From the NCBI RefSeq assembly GCF_039793925.1, contig NZ_JBAMME010000199.1, forward strand, positions 70,121-134,120: 64,000 bases of DNA. The letters are read 5' to 3'. Positions 27,539 through 37,102 of the stretch are shown piece after piece; position 1 is the first letter of the stretch; each line of letters starts with the position of its first letter. The DNA is from Thermogutta sp. Lineage in GTDB: Bacteria > Planctomycetota > Planctomycetia > Pirellulales > Thermoguttaceae. A program made the translations under genes and the position numbers. The notes beneath the pieces are model-generated. The model searched no databases. It saw nothing but the letters and a program-made list of their open reading frames with translations, and was not told where the DNA came from.

Positions 27539-29176
27539 ATGACACTCAAACTGTGGGAAGTACAAGAACGACAGAAGCCGCTGTGTGCCCTGCGCGTGAG
27601 CTCGGCAAGTCCGAAAAGACAGCGCCGCGGGATGGTGCTACTTGTCGTGCTCGTGACGGTGGCGCTTCTTTCATTGGCCGCCCTGACGCTGGGAGACCTC
27701 ATGCTGGCGGAACGCGAAGGTGTGCACGTCTCCAATCGGATGGCCCAGGCGCGTGCCCTCGCCGCTTCTGGTGTGGAAGCGGTGCGGCTTTTTGTTTCAA
27801 TGGACGAGGAGTGGCAGAACGACAACGGCGGATGGTTTAATAATCCCGCCTGGTTCTCCGGAATGGTTGTCCACCAGGCCGCCGACCCGCTTGACACCGG
27901 GCTTTTCTCCGTCATTGCCCCCGATTGGGAAGATACTATGGGAACGGCCGTCCGTTATGGCTTGGAAAACGAGTCGGCCAAACTTAACGTCAACAGTCTG
28001 CTTCTGGCCGACCAGTACGCCGAAAATGGCGGACGGCAACTTCTCATGGGGTTGCCTGGCATGACGGAAGACATCGCCGACGCCATCATGGACTGGCTGG
28101 ATGCCGACGACGAACCCCGGGAGTTTGGAGCGGAAATCGAATACTATTCAGGGCTGTCTCCGGCCTACGCGACGAAAAATGGGCCGCTAGAAACCATTGA
28201 GGAACTGCTTCTCGTGCGGGGGGTGACGCCCGAACTGCTGTTCGGAGCAGACCGCAATCGTAACGGTATCATCGATGCGGATGAAACCATTCCTGAAGCT
28301 TTCGCCGGGCTGAGCGCTGACGATCCAGTCGCGTATCGGGGCTGGTCGGCTTACCTCACCCTGTACAGCATGGAACTGAACGTGCGTCCTGACGGCCGAG
28401 CCAAGATCAACATCAACCAGGATGATCTCCAGGCTCTTTATGACCAGCTAGAAGAAGAATTCGGCCACGATGTCGCAACCTTCATTGTGGGCTATCGCCA
28501 GAACGGCCCTTATGAGGGGTCGGAACAGTCGGAACCGATGCCCGCAGACGCCCAGATTGACTTCTCGCGGCCTTCTCGAGTGAAGTTCAGCACCGTGCTT
28601 GACCTGATCGGAGCAAAGGTGCGGATGCAGTTTGCGGGAGAGAATGAGCCGCGGGTGATTGACCCCGTGTTTCCCAGTGATCCCATGCTATTGCGGACCA
28701 TCTTACCGCTGATCATGGCCAATCTCACAACCACTTCCAGCAAAGTAATTCCGGGACGCATCAACATTAACCTTGCACCGCGCTCCATCCTGTACGGGAT
28801 CCCCACGCTGGACCCCAGTGTGGCGGAGATGATCATTCAATCCCGACCAAGTGATCCCACACTCATTGACGACGAGAACTATCGTTACGAAACCTGGATC
28901 TTGGCGGATGGATTAGTGACTCTCGACGAAATGAAGGCCCTCATGCCTTTCATCACGTGCGGGGGTAGTGTTTACCGCGCGCAGGTCGTCGGATATTTCG
29001 CCGGTGGCGGGCCGAGTTGCCGGGTGGAAGCGATTGTCGACGCTACCGTTCGTCCAGCCCGGCTATTATTCTGGAGAGATATGAGCCATCTGGGACGGGG
29101 ATTTTCCATCGACGTTCTGGGGTCTTCGGGCCAGGTGGCCGGTCTTGGTAGTGTTGGGACGGTCCGGTCCCCCTGA
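27539..29176 (+). CDS. gspK: Type II secretion minor pseudopilin GspK
   Basis: RRGMVLLVVLVTVALLSLA N-terminus; LENESAKLNVNSLL; helix-hairpin-helix-like region GMTEDIADAIMDWLDADDEP ... LETIEELLLVRGVTPELLFG. Confidence 0.8.
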   Translation: MTLKLWEVQERQKPLCALRVSSASPKRQRRGMVLLVVLVTVALLSLAALTLGDLMLAEREGVHVSNRMAQARALAASGVEAVRLFVSMDEEWQNDNGGWFNNPAWFSGMVVHQAADPLDTGLFSVIAPDWEDTMGTAVRYGLENESAKLNVNSLLLADQYAENGGRQLLMGLPGMTEDIADAIMDWLDADDEPREFGAEIEYYSGLSPAYATKNGPLETIEELLLVRGVTPELLFGADRNRNGIIDADETIPEAFAGLSADDPVAYRGWSAYLTLYSMELNVRPDGRAKININQDDLQALYDQLEEEFGHDVATFIVGYRQNGPYEGSEQSEPMPADAQIDFSRPSRVKFSTVLDLIGAKVRMQFAGENEPRVIDPVFPSDPMLLRTILPLIMANLTTTSSKVIPGRININLAPRSILYGIPTLDPSVAEMIIQSRPSDPTLIDDENYRYETWILADGLVTLDEMKALMPFITCGGSVYRAQVVGYFAGGGPSCRVEAIVDATVRPARLLFWRDMSHLGRGFSIDVLGSSGQVAGLGSVGTVRSP

Positions 29177-29187
29177 GGTGATAACCC

Positions 29188-30759
29188 ATGGCACGCTGGT
29201 TGGCCTACGAATGGAATGATCGGGAATTGAGGGTGGCAGTCGCCACGCCTCGGTCGGATCGTCTCGTCCTGGAGCATCTATTTGATGTCAATCTTCGCGA
29301 TGCTCTTGGGGGAGCGGCTGCGGGGGGTGAAGAGCCATTTCGGCCGAGCCCCGAAGATATCGGACGCTGCCTGGCAGCCGCATTGGCCGCCCGCAATATT
29401 CGTCGTCCCACCACCTTCGTGACCATCAGCCGTTCGTTTGTGGAACTCCGTCAACTCTCGGTGCCGCCGGTCTCTGACGACGATCTGCCGGAAGTGGTCA
29501 AACTTCAGGCGCTGCGGGAGTTCACACACGTCACTGAAGATTGGACTATCGACTATCTGTCTCTGGACGGAGATCCTACCCAGCCGCGTAATGTCCTGGT
29601 GGCAGCGCTTTCTCCCCAGCTCTTGGCTCAGATAGAGGAGACATGCCGGGTCGCTCAACTTCGCCCGGAACGCCTGCTTCTTCGCCCGTGTGCCTCGGCT
29701 TCCCTGGCTCGCCGGTGCTTGCCTCTTTCGGAGGGAGAAATTCGGCTGATCATCGACCTGGTTGGTGACGAAGTGGACCTCTCCGTGATCGTGGAAGGGC
29801 GGTTGGTGTTCATGCGCACTGCCCGGCTGGTCGGTGATCCGCTCCGAGAACAGTCGTCGGCCGAGACGCTCGTGGGCGAGATCCGCCGGACAATGATGGC
29901 GGCTCAGAATCAACTGGGCGGCGGCCGTGCTAATCACCTTGTTCTCTGCGGGAATACGCCGGCTCACGAACACCTTGTTGGGCTTTTGCGTGAGCGACTG
30001 GACCTTTCCGTGAGTTGCTTCAATCCTTTCCAGCCGTTCACGCTCAGTCCTCAGCTTGCAGAATCGCTCCCCGATCATCCTGGCCAGTACACAGCGCTCC
30101 TCGGGCTCCTGGCAGACGAGAAGGAAAAAATCACGCCTTCGCTGGATTTCCTCCATCCGCACCGGCGTCCTGAACCGCCATCGAAAAAGCGACAGCTTTT
30201 GCTAGCGGGTATCGGTGCAGCCATCCTTGCGGCATTGGGGATCGGTTACGGCTGGTGGCAGTTGGCCCAGCTCGATCAGGAGATCGTACAACTGCGGCAG
30301 CGGCAATCGGAACTGGATCGCGAACTCAAGGCTGGAGCCCAGGTCGCGCAACTCGCCCAGGCTGTTCGAGGTTGGATTGGGACACAGATTGACTGGCTGG
30401 AAGAACTGAGGCGTTTGAACGAGAAGATTCCCCCCGCGAAGGAGGTGATGCTCACCAAAGTATCCCTGGCCGCTGGATCGAAGGCGGGTGAGATTTCTCT
30501 AGAAGGATTTGCTGCTTCCAGTGAAAGTGTCCAGAAAATGGAGCAATCGCTCGAAGATGAAACCCATCGGGTGGTTTCCAAAGGAAAAGCGGAAGACGAT
30601 TCTCAGAAGCCTTACACGTTGCGCTTTGGAACGTCCGTCGTGATTCGGTCCGCTCCTTCGGCGCCGGCCCGGTCCATCCGTCCGCCGAGCGGCCGAGCGC
30701 CGGGCCTGACTCCCACAGCGGCTCCCCGTTCCGTAGCCCCGAGACAAGCCGTGAGGTGA
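29188..30759 (+). CDS. GspL / PilM-PilN-like assembly protein (cytoplasmic actin-like domain + TM + periplasmic coiled coil)
   Basis: Its position follows gspK. A single TM helix (LLLAGIGAAILAALGIGYGWW) sits at about aa 340 and is followed by a coiled coil (LDQEIVQLRQRQSELDRELK). I recognise no enzymatic motif. Confidence 0.6.
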   Translation: MARWLAYEWNDRELRVAVATPRSDRLVLEHLFDVNLRDALGGAAAGGEEPFRPSPEDIGRCLAAALAARNIRRPTTFVTISRSFVELRQLSVPPVSDDDLPEVVKLQALREFTHVTEDWTIDYLSLDGDPTQPRNVLVAALSPQLLAQIEETCRVAQLRPERLLLRPCASASLARRCLPLSEGEIRLIIDLVGDEVDLSVIVEGRLVFMRTARLVGDPLREQSSAETLVGEIRRTMMAAQNQLGGGRANHLVLCGNTPAHEHLVGLLRERLDLSVSCFNPFQPFTLSPQLAESLPDHPGQYTALLGLLADEKEKITPSLDFLHPHRRPEPPSKKRQLLLAGIGAAILAALGIGYGWWQLAQLDQEIVQLRQRQSELDRELKAGAQVAQLAQAVRGWIGTQIDWLEELRRLNEKIPPAKEVMLTKVSLAAGSKAGEISLEGFAASSESVQKMEQSLEDETHRVVSKGKAEDDSQKPYTLRFGTSVVIRSAPSAPARSIRPPSGRAPGLTPTAAPRSVAPRQAVR

Positions 30760-30763
30760 TGCC

Positions 30764-31726
30764 ATGAAACTCGGGCCAAGGGAACGAATATTGGCACTTC
30801 TCGCAGCCCTGCTGATCATATTTGTCGGGGGGCGCACTATTTGGGCAATCGTTTCGACCCCGTTCCGCATCCGGCAAACGGCGCGGGCCACGCTTATCAA
30901 TTCGATTCGGGCGAAAGAGAGACAGCTTCAAGACATCCAAAAGGCCAAGGAGCAACTCAAAGAATGGGCGGCACGCTCACTGCCGGCAGATCCCGCCGTT
31001 GCACGTCGGCTCTATCAAAACTGGCTTTTGGAATGTGCCCAAAATGCCCAATTGGAAGCTATCCAGGTGGACAGCGGGGAAGTGCGGCGGGAAAAGAATC
31101 TCTTTTATCGCATGCCGTTCACTGTGCGCGGACAGGGAACCCTCGAATCGCTCACCCGATTTCTTTACGCCTTTTATTCCCGAGACTATCTCCACGCAAT
31201 CCAGCGGTTGTCGATCACGCCCGTGAAAGAGGGAAAACGCATCGACCTGTTGATCAGCATCGAGGCGATCGCCCTCGACGATGCCATCGCGAAAGACACT
31301 TTGCCCACCGGACCGCTCGTGGAACGAAAGCTTCCCGATTTAAAGGAATACGTCAAGAGTATCGTGGATCGGAACGTGTTTGTGGCGTACACGCCGCCTC
31401 CTCCCCCGCCTCCTCCAGCGCCGCAGCGACCGTCGCGTCCCACACGACCGAGTACGCCACCGCCGGAGCCGGTTCTCGATCCCAGCCAGTTCGCCTACGT
31501 GAACGGCATCGTCGAGGTGAATGGCAAGCGGGAACTGTGGCTTTATGTCCGCACGGAAAATAAAACTCTCCGCTTGGGAGAAAATGATACGTTCCAGGTC
31601 GGGGAAATCCGCGGCCGGGTTCTCAAAATCGGATTACGGCAGGTGGAACTGGAGATCAACGGCCAGGTGCGCACTCTGGCCCTGGGAGATAATCTTGCAG
31701 CCGCGCTTGCCCGCGATCGAAGCTGA
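30764..31726 (+). CDS. GspM/PilO-like protein joined by a poly-Pro linker to a PilP/GspC-HR-like C-terminal domain
   Basis: N-terminal TM helix (ILALLAALLIIFVGG). PilO/GspM-like alpha-beta region (FYRMPFTVRGQGTLESLTRFLYAFY ... RLSITPVKEG). Linker YTPPPPPPPPAPQRPSRPTRPSTPPPEP. C-terminal beta-rich segment (VNGIVEVNGKRELWLYV ... LRLGENDTFQVGEIRGRVLKIGLRQVELEINGQ). Confidence 0.5.
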   Translation: MKLGPRERILALLAALLIIFVGGRTIWAIVSTPFRIRQTARATLINSIRAKERQLQDIQKAKEQLKEWAARSLPADPAVARRLYQNWLLECAQNAQLEAIQVDSGEVRREKNLFYRMPFTVRGQGTLESLTRFLYAFYSRDYLHAIQRLSITPVKEGKRIDLLISIEAIALDDAIAKDTLPTGPLVERKLPDLKEYVKSIVDRNVFVAYTPPPPPPPPAPQRPSRPTRPSTPPPEPVLDPSQFAYVNGIVEVNGKRELWLYVRTENKTLRLGENDTFQVGEIRGRVLKIGLRQVELEINGQVRTLALGDNLAAALARDRS

Positions 31727-31880
31727 AGCATTTCTGAATAACCGCTGTGTTGTATTGCAACGAACCGCATTCGCATAAAAAAGAAATGTACCACTTAATT
31801 ACCATTGACTTGTCCTACCCGTCTCCTCTCCCAGTTCGATTCCGCTTCACCGCGCCGAACAGTTCTTTTTAAGCAGCTTC

Positions 31881-31900
31881 GCCCGTTTTGGCGGGCTTTT
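31881..31900 (+). terminator. Weak hairpin plus T-run downstream of the T2SS-like operon
   Basis: GCCCG-TTTTGG-CGGGC followed by TTTT. The stem is only 5 bp. Confidence 0.3.
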
Positions 31901-31983
31901 CTAACAATTTCGCATCGCTAAAATTGTGCGCCCTCGGCTGCCGTTTGTTTTGTTTAGTTATCCCTTCCCAAGGAGATGCTGCA

Positions 31984-32979
31984 ATGAACTTCGAATCCAC
32001 ACGCCGTGAATTCCTGCAAACAGTCATCGCCGGTTTGGCAATGGGTCGCAGCATGCTGCTGGCTCAGGAGTCCAGTCCCGCAGGGCTTCCTACGCGTCCG
32101 CTAGGCAAGACCGGCGAACGCGTGAGCATCATTGGACTGGGTGGTTGGGATATTGGGGCGATTCGGGATGAAAAGGAAGCCATCGCCATCATGCATGAGG
32201 CCATCGACAATGGTTTGACCTTCTTCGACAACTGCTGGGATTACCACAACGGTGGAAGCGAGGAACGTATGGGAAAGGCCCTCGCGCAGAATGGCTACCG
32301 CGACAAAGTTTTCCTCATGACGAAAGTGTGTGGACGGGATTACAAAACCGCCCGCCAGAATCTTGAGGATAGCCTCCGCCGTCTCCGAACGGACCGGATC
32401 GATTTATGGCAGTTCCACGGCATTCAGTGGAACGACGATCCGGATCTCATCTTCGCAGAAAATGGGGCTCTGAAGTGCGCCCTCGAGGCCCGCAAGGCAG
32501 GCAAGATTCGTTACATCGGCTTCACCGGCCATAAGAACCCGCGGTTCCATTTGGCGATGCTCGCCAAACCATTCGAATGGGACACCGTTCAAATGCCCAT
32601 CAACATTCTGGATGCCCATTACGAGAGTTTTCAAAAGCAGGTGTTGCCGGTTTGTGTCAAGAGAAATATTGGCGCTATTGGCATGAAGGCCCTGGCGTCG
32701 CAGGGTGGGCGATTGCCGCGAGAGCTGGGCATACCGGCACCGTTGCTCCGACGCTTTGCACTCTCGCTTCCAATCTCCAGTCTGATCTGTGGGATTCAAT
32801 CGCGCGAGAATCTGCGGCAAGACATCGAGATGGCCAGGAATTTCCGCCCACTTGCTGACGAGGAAGTCCAGGAGTTGTTGGCAAAGGCTGCAGGACCCGC
32901 AGCCACCGGTCAGATTGAGCAATACAAAGTGGGTAATTACGGCTGCGACTGGTGGCACAATCTTGCCAAGAGGTCGTGA
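31984..32979 (+). CDS. Tat-exported aldo/keto reductase
   Basis: AAGGAG SD 8 nt before ATG 31984. Twin-arginine signal STRREFLQTVIAGLAMG. AKR motifs (LGGWDIG, FFDNCWDYHNG, IDLWQFHG, IRYIGFTGH). Confidence 0.85.
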   Translation: MNFESTRREFLQTVIAGLAMGRSMLLAQESSPAGLPTRPLGKTGERVSIIGLGGWDIGAIRDEKEAIAIMHEAIDNGLTFFDNCWDYHNGGSEERMGKALAQNGYRDKVFLMTKVCGRDYKTARQNLEDSLRRLRTDRIDLWQFHGIQWNDDPDLIFAENGALKCALEARKAGKIRYIGFTGHKNPRFHLAMLAKPFEWDTVQMPINILDAHYESFQKQVLPVCVKRNIGAIGMKALASQGGRLPRELGIPAPLLRRFALSLPISSLICGIQSRENLRQDIEMARNFRPLADEEVQELLAKAAGPAATGQIEQYKVGNYGCDWWHNLAKRS

Positions 32980-33012
32980 TACAAGAGGGTTTCCTTCCCC
33001 ACCAGCTTGACT

Positions 33013-33134
33013 CCGCCGATGTCCTGCAAATTTTCAGTTAATCTGCAAAATCTAGGCAAAGTTTGCCGATATCCTGTAACAAGATGGTTCAGGAAGACTT
33101 TGTAGTTCATATTCGCTGAGTAGGACATCGGCGG
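33013..33134. repeat. 13-bp perfect inverted repeat spanning the leader of the RNase H-like gene
   Basis: CCGCCGATGTCCT (33013-33025) and AGGACATCGGCGG (33122-33134). The internal sequence has direct repeats CTGCAAA x2 and a third CCGATATCCTG copy at 33065-33075. Confidence 0.7.
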
Positions 33135-33144
33135 GGTATCAACG

Positions 33145-33795
33145 ATGATTTCGCATGTGAATCGCTCGCGGGACGTCGCGGTCGGGACGGACGATGAGTT
33201 TGCTGTCCCGCGTCTGACGTTTGTACTTTTGTACCAAACCGGCCTCAACGGGAATCCTTTCCGTTGGCGGTTCGTTCTCCGGTCCGAGGAGGGCCATGAT
33301 GAGTTCGTAGCCGAAGATGAAGAGCCTGGCGTTTGCGGCGAGCGTCTCGAACTCCTAACGATCGCCCGAGCCCTTGAATCCCTCAACCAGTCCGCCCGGG
33401 TGATTATCTGGACAGCAAGCCCGGCAATTCGAGAGGGCCTTCTCTTTGGTTTACACCAATGGCCGCAATCGGATTGGCATTGGGAATGTTACGACCAGTC
33501 GGTCCCGGTGCGGAACTTCGATTTGTGGCAGCGAATTGCCCGAGCCACCCAATTTCACGAAATCCAGTGCCGGCTCTGGCGTATCGATCGCCCTCACTGG
33601 CGGAAGAGAGAATGCTTCTCCAATGGGGTCGTTCTTCCTGTGACGAGTTCCCTTCCTGGGAACGATCGCGGCGAGCCCGCTCGTTCTGCAATGAAGTCGT
33701 CGCTGATAGGAAGAAGGCTGAAGTGGCTCGCCGCGTGGATTCGGCCATTGAGCTGGCGAGCCGGTTCCAAGCACTCCTTGAGGACGAGTGGGTGA
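33145..33795 (+). CDS. RNase H-like fold protein with degenerate catalytic residues
   Basis: Alignable by eye to E. coli RNase HI: GERLELLTIARALESL (NNRMELMAAIVALEAL), VIIWTASPAIREGL (VILSTDSQYVRQGI), VRNFDLWQRI (VKNVDLWQRL). The first Asp and the TDS Asp are replaced. Confidence 0.6.
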   Translation: MISHVNRSRDVAVGTDDEFAVPRLTFVLLYQTGLNGNPFRWRFVLRSEEGHDEFVAEDEEPGVCGERLELLTIARALESLNQSARVIIWTASPAIREGLLFGLHQWPQSDWHWECYDQSVPVRNFDLWQRIARATQFHEIQCRLWRIDRPHWRKRECFSNGVVLPVTSSLPGNDRGEPARSAMKSSLIGRRLKWLAAWIRPLSWRAGSKHSLRTSG

Positions 33796-34134
33796 TATCC
33801 TCGGTCCTACGGGAGTTCGCTGAGTTTGGCCCCATCTTTTAGTCGTTCGGAGTTCCCTCAAAAAGAATCGAATCGTGGTGTTTCGTGAGGGATTGCCGCG
33901 GAGGGGCTAGCCTGGTTCAGTGACTCTCACGCCTATACCAAACGGGGCTGTCATACCGATCAGAGAATTTTGTTAATGTGCATTTTTTGAGATTTATCAA
34001 CATTTTCGGCAATTTAGAGAATCTGGATGATCAGTGCGGCTTTCTGACGATGCCTTTACAAAGCCTGTTGTTGGAAACGGTATCGGGTGAGAAAATCGAA
34101 AAGTTTGGGTAAAATAAGCTGCGTCGTAGGTGAC

Positions 34135-36402
34135 ATGGGAGACAAGGAGGTGACCGTGCGGACGCACGTTCCATTGGAGCATTTGGGTCGGCTTCTGGAG
34201 GGAAAACACGAGAATCCGTTTGAAGTGCTGGGCCCCCACGTGGTGGAGGAAGACGGGCGAAAGCTGCTGTCTATTCGCGCGTTTCTTCCCCACTCCAAAC
34301 AGGCCTGGGTCATTGATCTGGCCCACGAGGGCGTGCCCCGGCCAATGCGCCGGATTCACCCCGCGGGCCTATTTGAGGCCCTCTGCCCGCTAAATGGCCA
34401 GCAACCCCAGTATTTGCTTCGGGTGGCTCAGGAAGATGGCAAACAGGTGATCATGCACGACCCCTACACTTTTCCCCCGCTTTTGACCGATTACGACCTT
34501 TATTTGCTCGGCGAGGGACGCCACTGGCGGTGCTATAACAAACTCGGCGCGCAGCTCCGTACCGTCAACGGAGTTGAGGGTGTGAACTTTGCCGTTTGGG
34601 CGCCGAACGCCACGAGCGTCAGCGTCATCGGAGATTTCAACCGCTGGGACGGTCGATGCCACCCCATGCGGAAGCACATTCCCAACGGGTTTTGGGAAAT
34701 TTTCATCCCCGGTCTGAAAGAAGGAGACCTGTACAAATTCCAGATCCGTTATCACGACCAGGTTTTCGAGAAGGCCGATCCATTCGGCTTCTGGGCCGAG
34801 GTCCCGCCGCGAAGTGCCTCCCGCGTTTTCAACATCAATCGTTACCAGTGGCACGACCAAGAGTGGATGGAACAGCGGAAGAAGCGGAACTGGCTGGAAG
34901 AACCTATTTCCATCTACGAAGTCCATCTGGGAAGCTGGCGGCGACCAAACGACAACCCGACTGGCTGGATGAACTATCGCGAGATTGCCCACGAACTCGT
35001 GCACTACGTGAAGAAGATGGGCTACACCCACATAGAGCTTTTGCCCATCGCTGAGCACCCCCTCACGGCCAGTTGGGGATACCAGGTGGTCGGTTATTAT
35101 GCCGTCACATCTCGTTACGGGACTCCGGAAGATTTTCAGTATTTTGTGGATTACTGCCATCAGAACGGCATCGGCGTGATCATCGACTGGGTGCCCGGCC
35201 ACTTCCCGAAAGACGGCCACGGACTCCGCCGGTTTGATGGAACCGCCCTCTATGAGCATGAAGATCCCCGCTTGGGCGAGCATCGTGACTGGGGCACACA
35301 CATCTTCAACTATGGCCGATATGAAGTCCGCAACTACTTGATCGCCAACGCCCTCTTCTGGTTTGACAAATACCACGTGGATGGCATCCGCGTGGATGCC
35401 GTCGCCTCCATGTTGTACCTGGATTACAGCAAGGGTCCGGGCGAGTGGATTCCCAATGAATTCGGAGGTCGGGAAAATCTTCAGGCCATTGCTTTCCTCA
35501 AGCTGCTCAATGAACAGGTTCATTTACAGTTCCCGGGGGTCCTCACGATCGCCGAGGAGTCCACGGCTTGGCCGGGGGTGTCGCATCCCACGTACCAAGG
35601 CGGGCTCGGCTTCAGCATGAAGTGGAACATGGGTTGGATGAACGACACCCGCCGCTATATGCACAAGGATCCCATCTACCGCAAGTATCACCACAACGAG
35701 CTTACCTTCAGCCTCATCTACGCCTTCCACGAGAACTTCGTCCTTCCGCTATCGCACGATGAAGTGGTTCACGGAAAAGGCTCGCTCATCTCGCAGATGC
35801 CGGGCGATTGGTGGCAGAAGTTCGCGAATCTTCGGCTCCTGTACACCTATATGTGGACACACCCCGGCAAAAAACTGCTGTTCATGGGCAGTGAATTCGG
35901 GCAGTGGCACGAATGGAACTATGACGCCCAGTTGCAGTGGGAACTTCTCGATTGGCCCACACATCGCGGGCTCCAGCGGTGTGTGGCAGATCTCAATAAG
36001 CTCCTGCGGCGGGAACGTGCCCTTCACGAGGTCGATTTCCGCTGGGAGGGCTTTCAGTGGATCGACTGCCATAACTGGGAGGAAAGTACACTCAGCTATA
36101 TCCGTCGGGCCAAAGATCCCAACGATTACCTGGTGATTGCGCTCAACTTCACACCGGTGCCGCGGTGGGAACATCGCATCGGCGTCCCCGAGGTGTGTCA
36201 GTTCGAAGAAATCTTTAACAGCGATGCCGAGATTTACGGCGGCGGCAACATCGGCAATTACGGCCGGGCGGTCTCCGAGCCCGTCCCATGGCACGGATTT
36301 CCCGCCTCGATGAAAATCGTGCTCCCGCCGCTGGCGGGCGTCATCTTCAAACCGCGAAGAGATTGGCTCCACATCCAGTCAGAAAAGTCACCCGCGCGGT
36401 GA
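34135..36402 (+). CDS. glgB: 1,4-alpha-glucan branching enzyme GlgB
   Basis: GH13 motifs: [39 protein letters not shown]. The N-terminal [11 protein letters not shown] is typical of GlgB. ATG 34135 is preferred over GTG 34087. Confidence 0.95.
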   Translation: MGDKEVTVRTHVPLEHLGRLLEGKHENPFEVLGPHVVEEDGRKLLSIRAFLPHSKQAWVIDLAHEGVPRPMRRIHPAGLFEALCPLNGQQPQYLLRVAQEDGKQVIMHDPYTFPPLLTDYDLYLLGEGRHWRCYNKLGAQLRTVNGVEGVNFAVWAPNATSVSVIGDFNRWDGRCHPMRKHIPNGFWEIFIPGLKEGDLYKFQIRYHDQVFEKADPFGFWAEVPPRSASRVFNINRYQWHDQEWMEQRKKRNWLEEPISIYEVHLGSWRRPNDNPTGWMNYREIAHELVHYVKKMGYTHIELLPIAEHPLTASWGYQVVGYYAVTSRYGTPEDFQYFVDYCHQNGIGVIIDWVPGHFPKDGHGLRRFDGTALYEHEDPRLGEHRDWGTHIFNYGRYEVRNYLIANALFWFDKYHVDGIRVDAVASMLYLDYSKGPGEWIPNEFGGRENLQAIAFLKLLNEQVHLQFPGVLTIAEESTAWPGVSHPTYQGGLGFSMKWNMGWMNDTRRYMHKDPIYRKYHHNELTFSLIYAFHENFVLPLSHDEVVHGKGSLISQMPGDWWQKFANLRLLYTYMWTHPGKKLLFMGSEFGQWHEWNYDAQLQWELLDWPTHRGLQRCVADLNKLLRRERALHEVDFRWEGFQWIDCHNWEESTLSYIRRAKDPNDYLVIALNFTPVPRWEHRIGVPEVCQFEEIFNSDAEIYGGGNIGNYGRAVSEPVPWHGFPASMKIVLPPLAGVIFKPRRDWLHIQSEKSPAR

Positions 36403-36430
36403 TGGCACCGAAGACATCCCTCCTTGATGT

Positions 36431-37102
36431 TCACGCTGGGCTGGCAGGATGGGTGGGTGGGGAAATGCCCGGCGAGTGATAATCCTGATTGGTCAGGTAG
36501 TCGATGAGCGTCTGATTGTCTTCCCATATCGGACGCATGAATTTCTCGCGGATGTACCGAAAGACGGCCGCCTTCTGATCCCGGTTGAGCGAGCCCGGTC
36601 CGCGGATGGCTCCCAGGATCGCGTCTTCCCCGCGTTCAATCCTTGTGAGCGCGTATCGGGCGGCCAATTGATAGACGTGCAGGCCTTCCAGGCGGTGCGA
36701 ACCGTCCTGATGTGGCACGATTTGCAGTTCGACGAGTTTGAAATCTCCTTGAGCGGGCAACTTGTCCGCATTCCGGACGGCTCGCACAAACGTTGTTCCC
36801 GAACGAATCATCCATCCCTGACCATTGGACTCCCAGGTGGCGACCAGCCCTTGCCGGTCGCACACAAGATAGTGGAAGTGCCGGACCAGGCGGTCCGGAT
36901 GCTCGATATGCGGTAGGTCCTCGTCCCCTGCCGGTGGCGAGGGACTGGCGGCAAGCTCGGCCGGAGCGGAGCTCGCTGGTGTTTGTTCGCTCTGGCGAAT
37001 GGGGACGATTTCCCCACACCGGGGGCACTTCCCCGCCCGACCAGTAAACTGCGAACTGACTTTCAAACGTGCTTGGCAGGAAGGACACGTGACCACAAGC
37101 AT
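36431..37102 (-). CDS. Zinc-ribbon protein with an uncharacterised C-terminal domain
   Basis: GGAGG SD 8 nt before ATG 37102. N-terminal CxxC...CxxC ribbon MLVVTCPSCQARLKVSSQFTGRAGKCPRCGEIVPI. Then a Pro/Ser linker and a roughly 170-aa domain with no motif I recognise. Confidence 0.6.
   Translation of the reverse strand: MLVVTCPSCQARLKVSSQFTGRAGKCPRCGEIVPIRQSEQTPASSAPAELAASPSPPAGDEDLPHIEHPDRLVRHFHYLVCDRQGLVATWESNGQGWMIRSGTTFVRAVRNADKLPAQGDFKLVELQIVPHQDGSHRLEGLHVYQLAARYALTRIERGEDAILGAIRGPGSLNRDQKAAVFRYIREKFMRPIWEDNQTLIDYLTNQDYHSPGISPPTHPASPA

Noticed and set aside
31838-31862. CAGTTCGATTCC looks like a tRNA T-loop
   Set aside because: No complementary T-stem, acceptor stem or anticodon arm can be drawn from the flanking sequence, so it is not a tRNA.
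34390-35523. 377-aa minus-strand ORF
   Set aside because: It is antisense to glgB, whose GH13 catalytic motifs are unambiguous.
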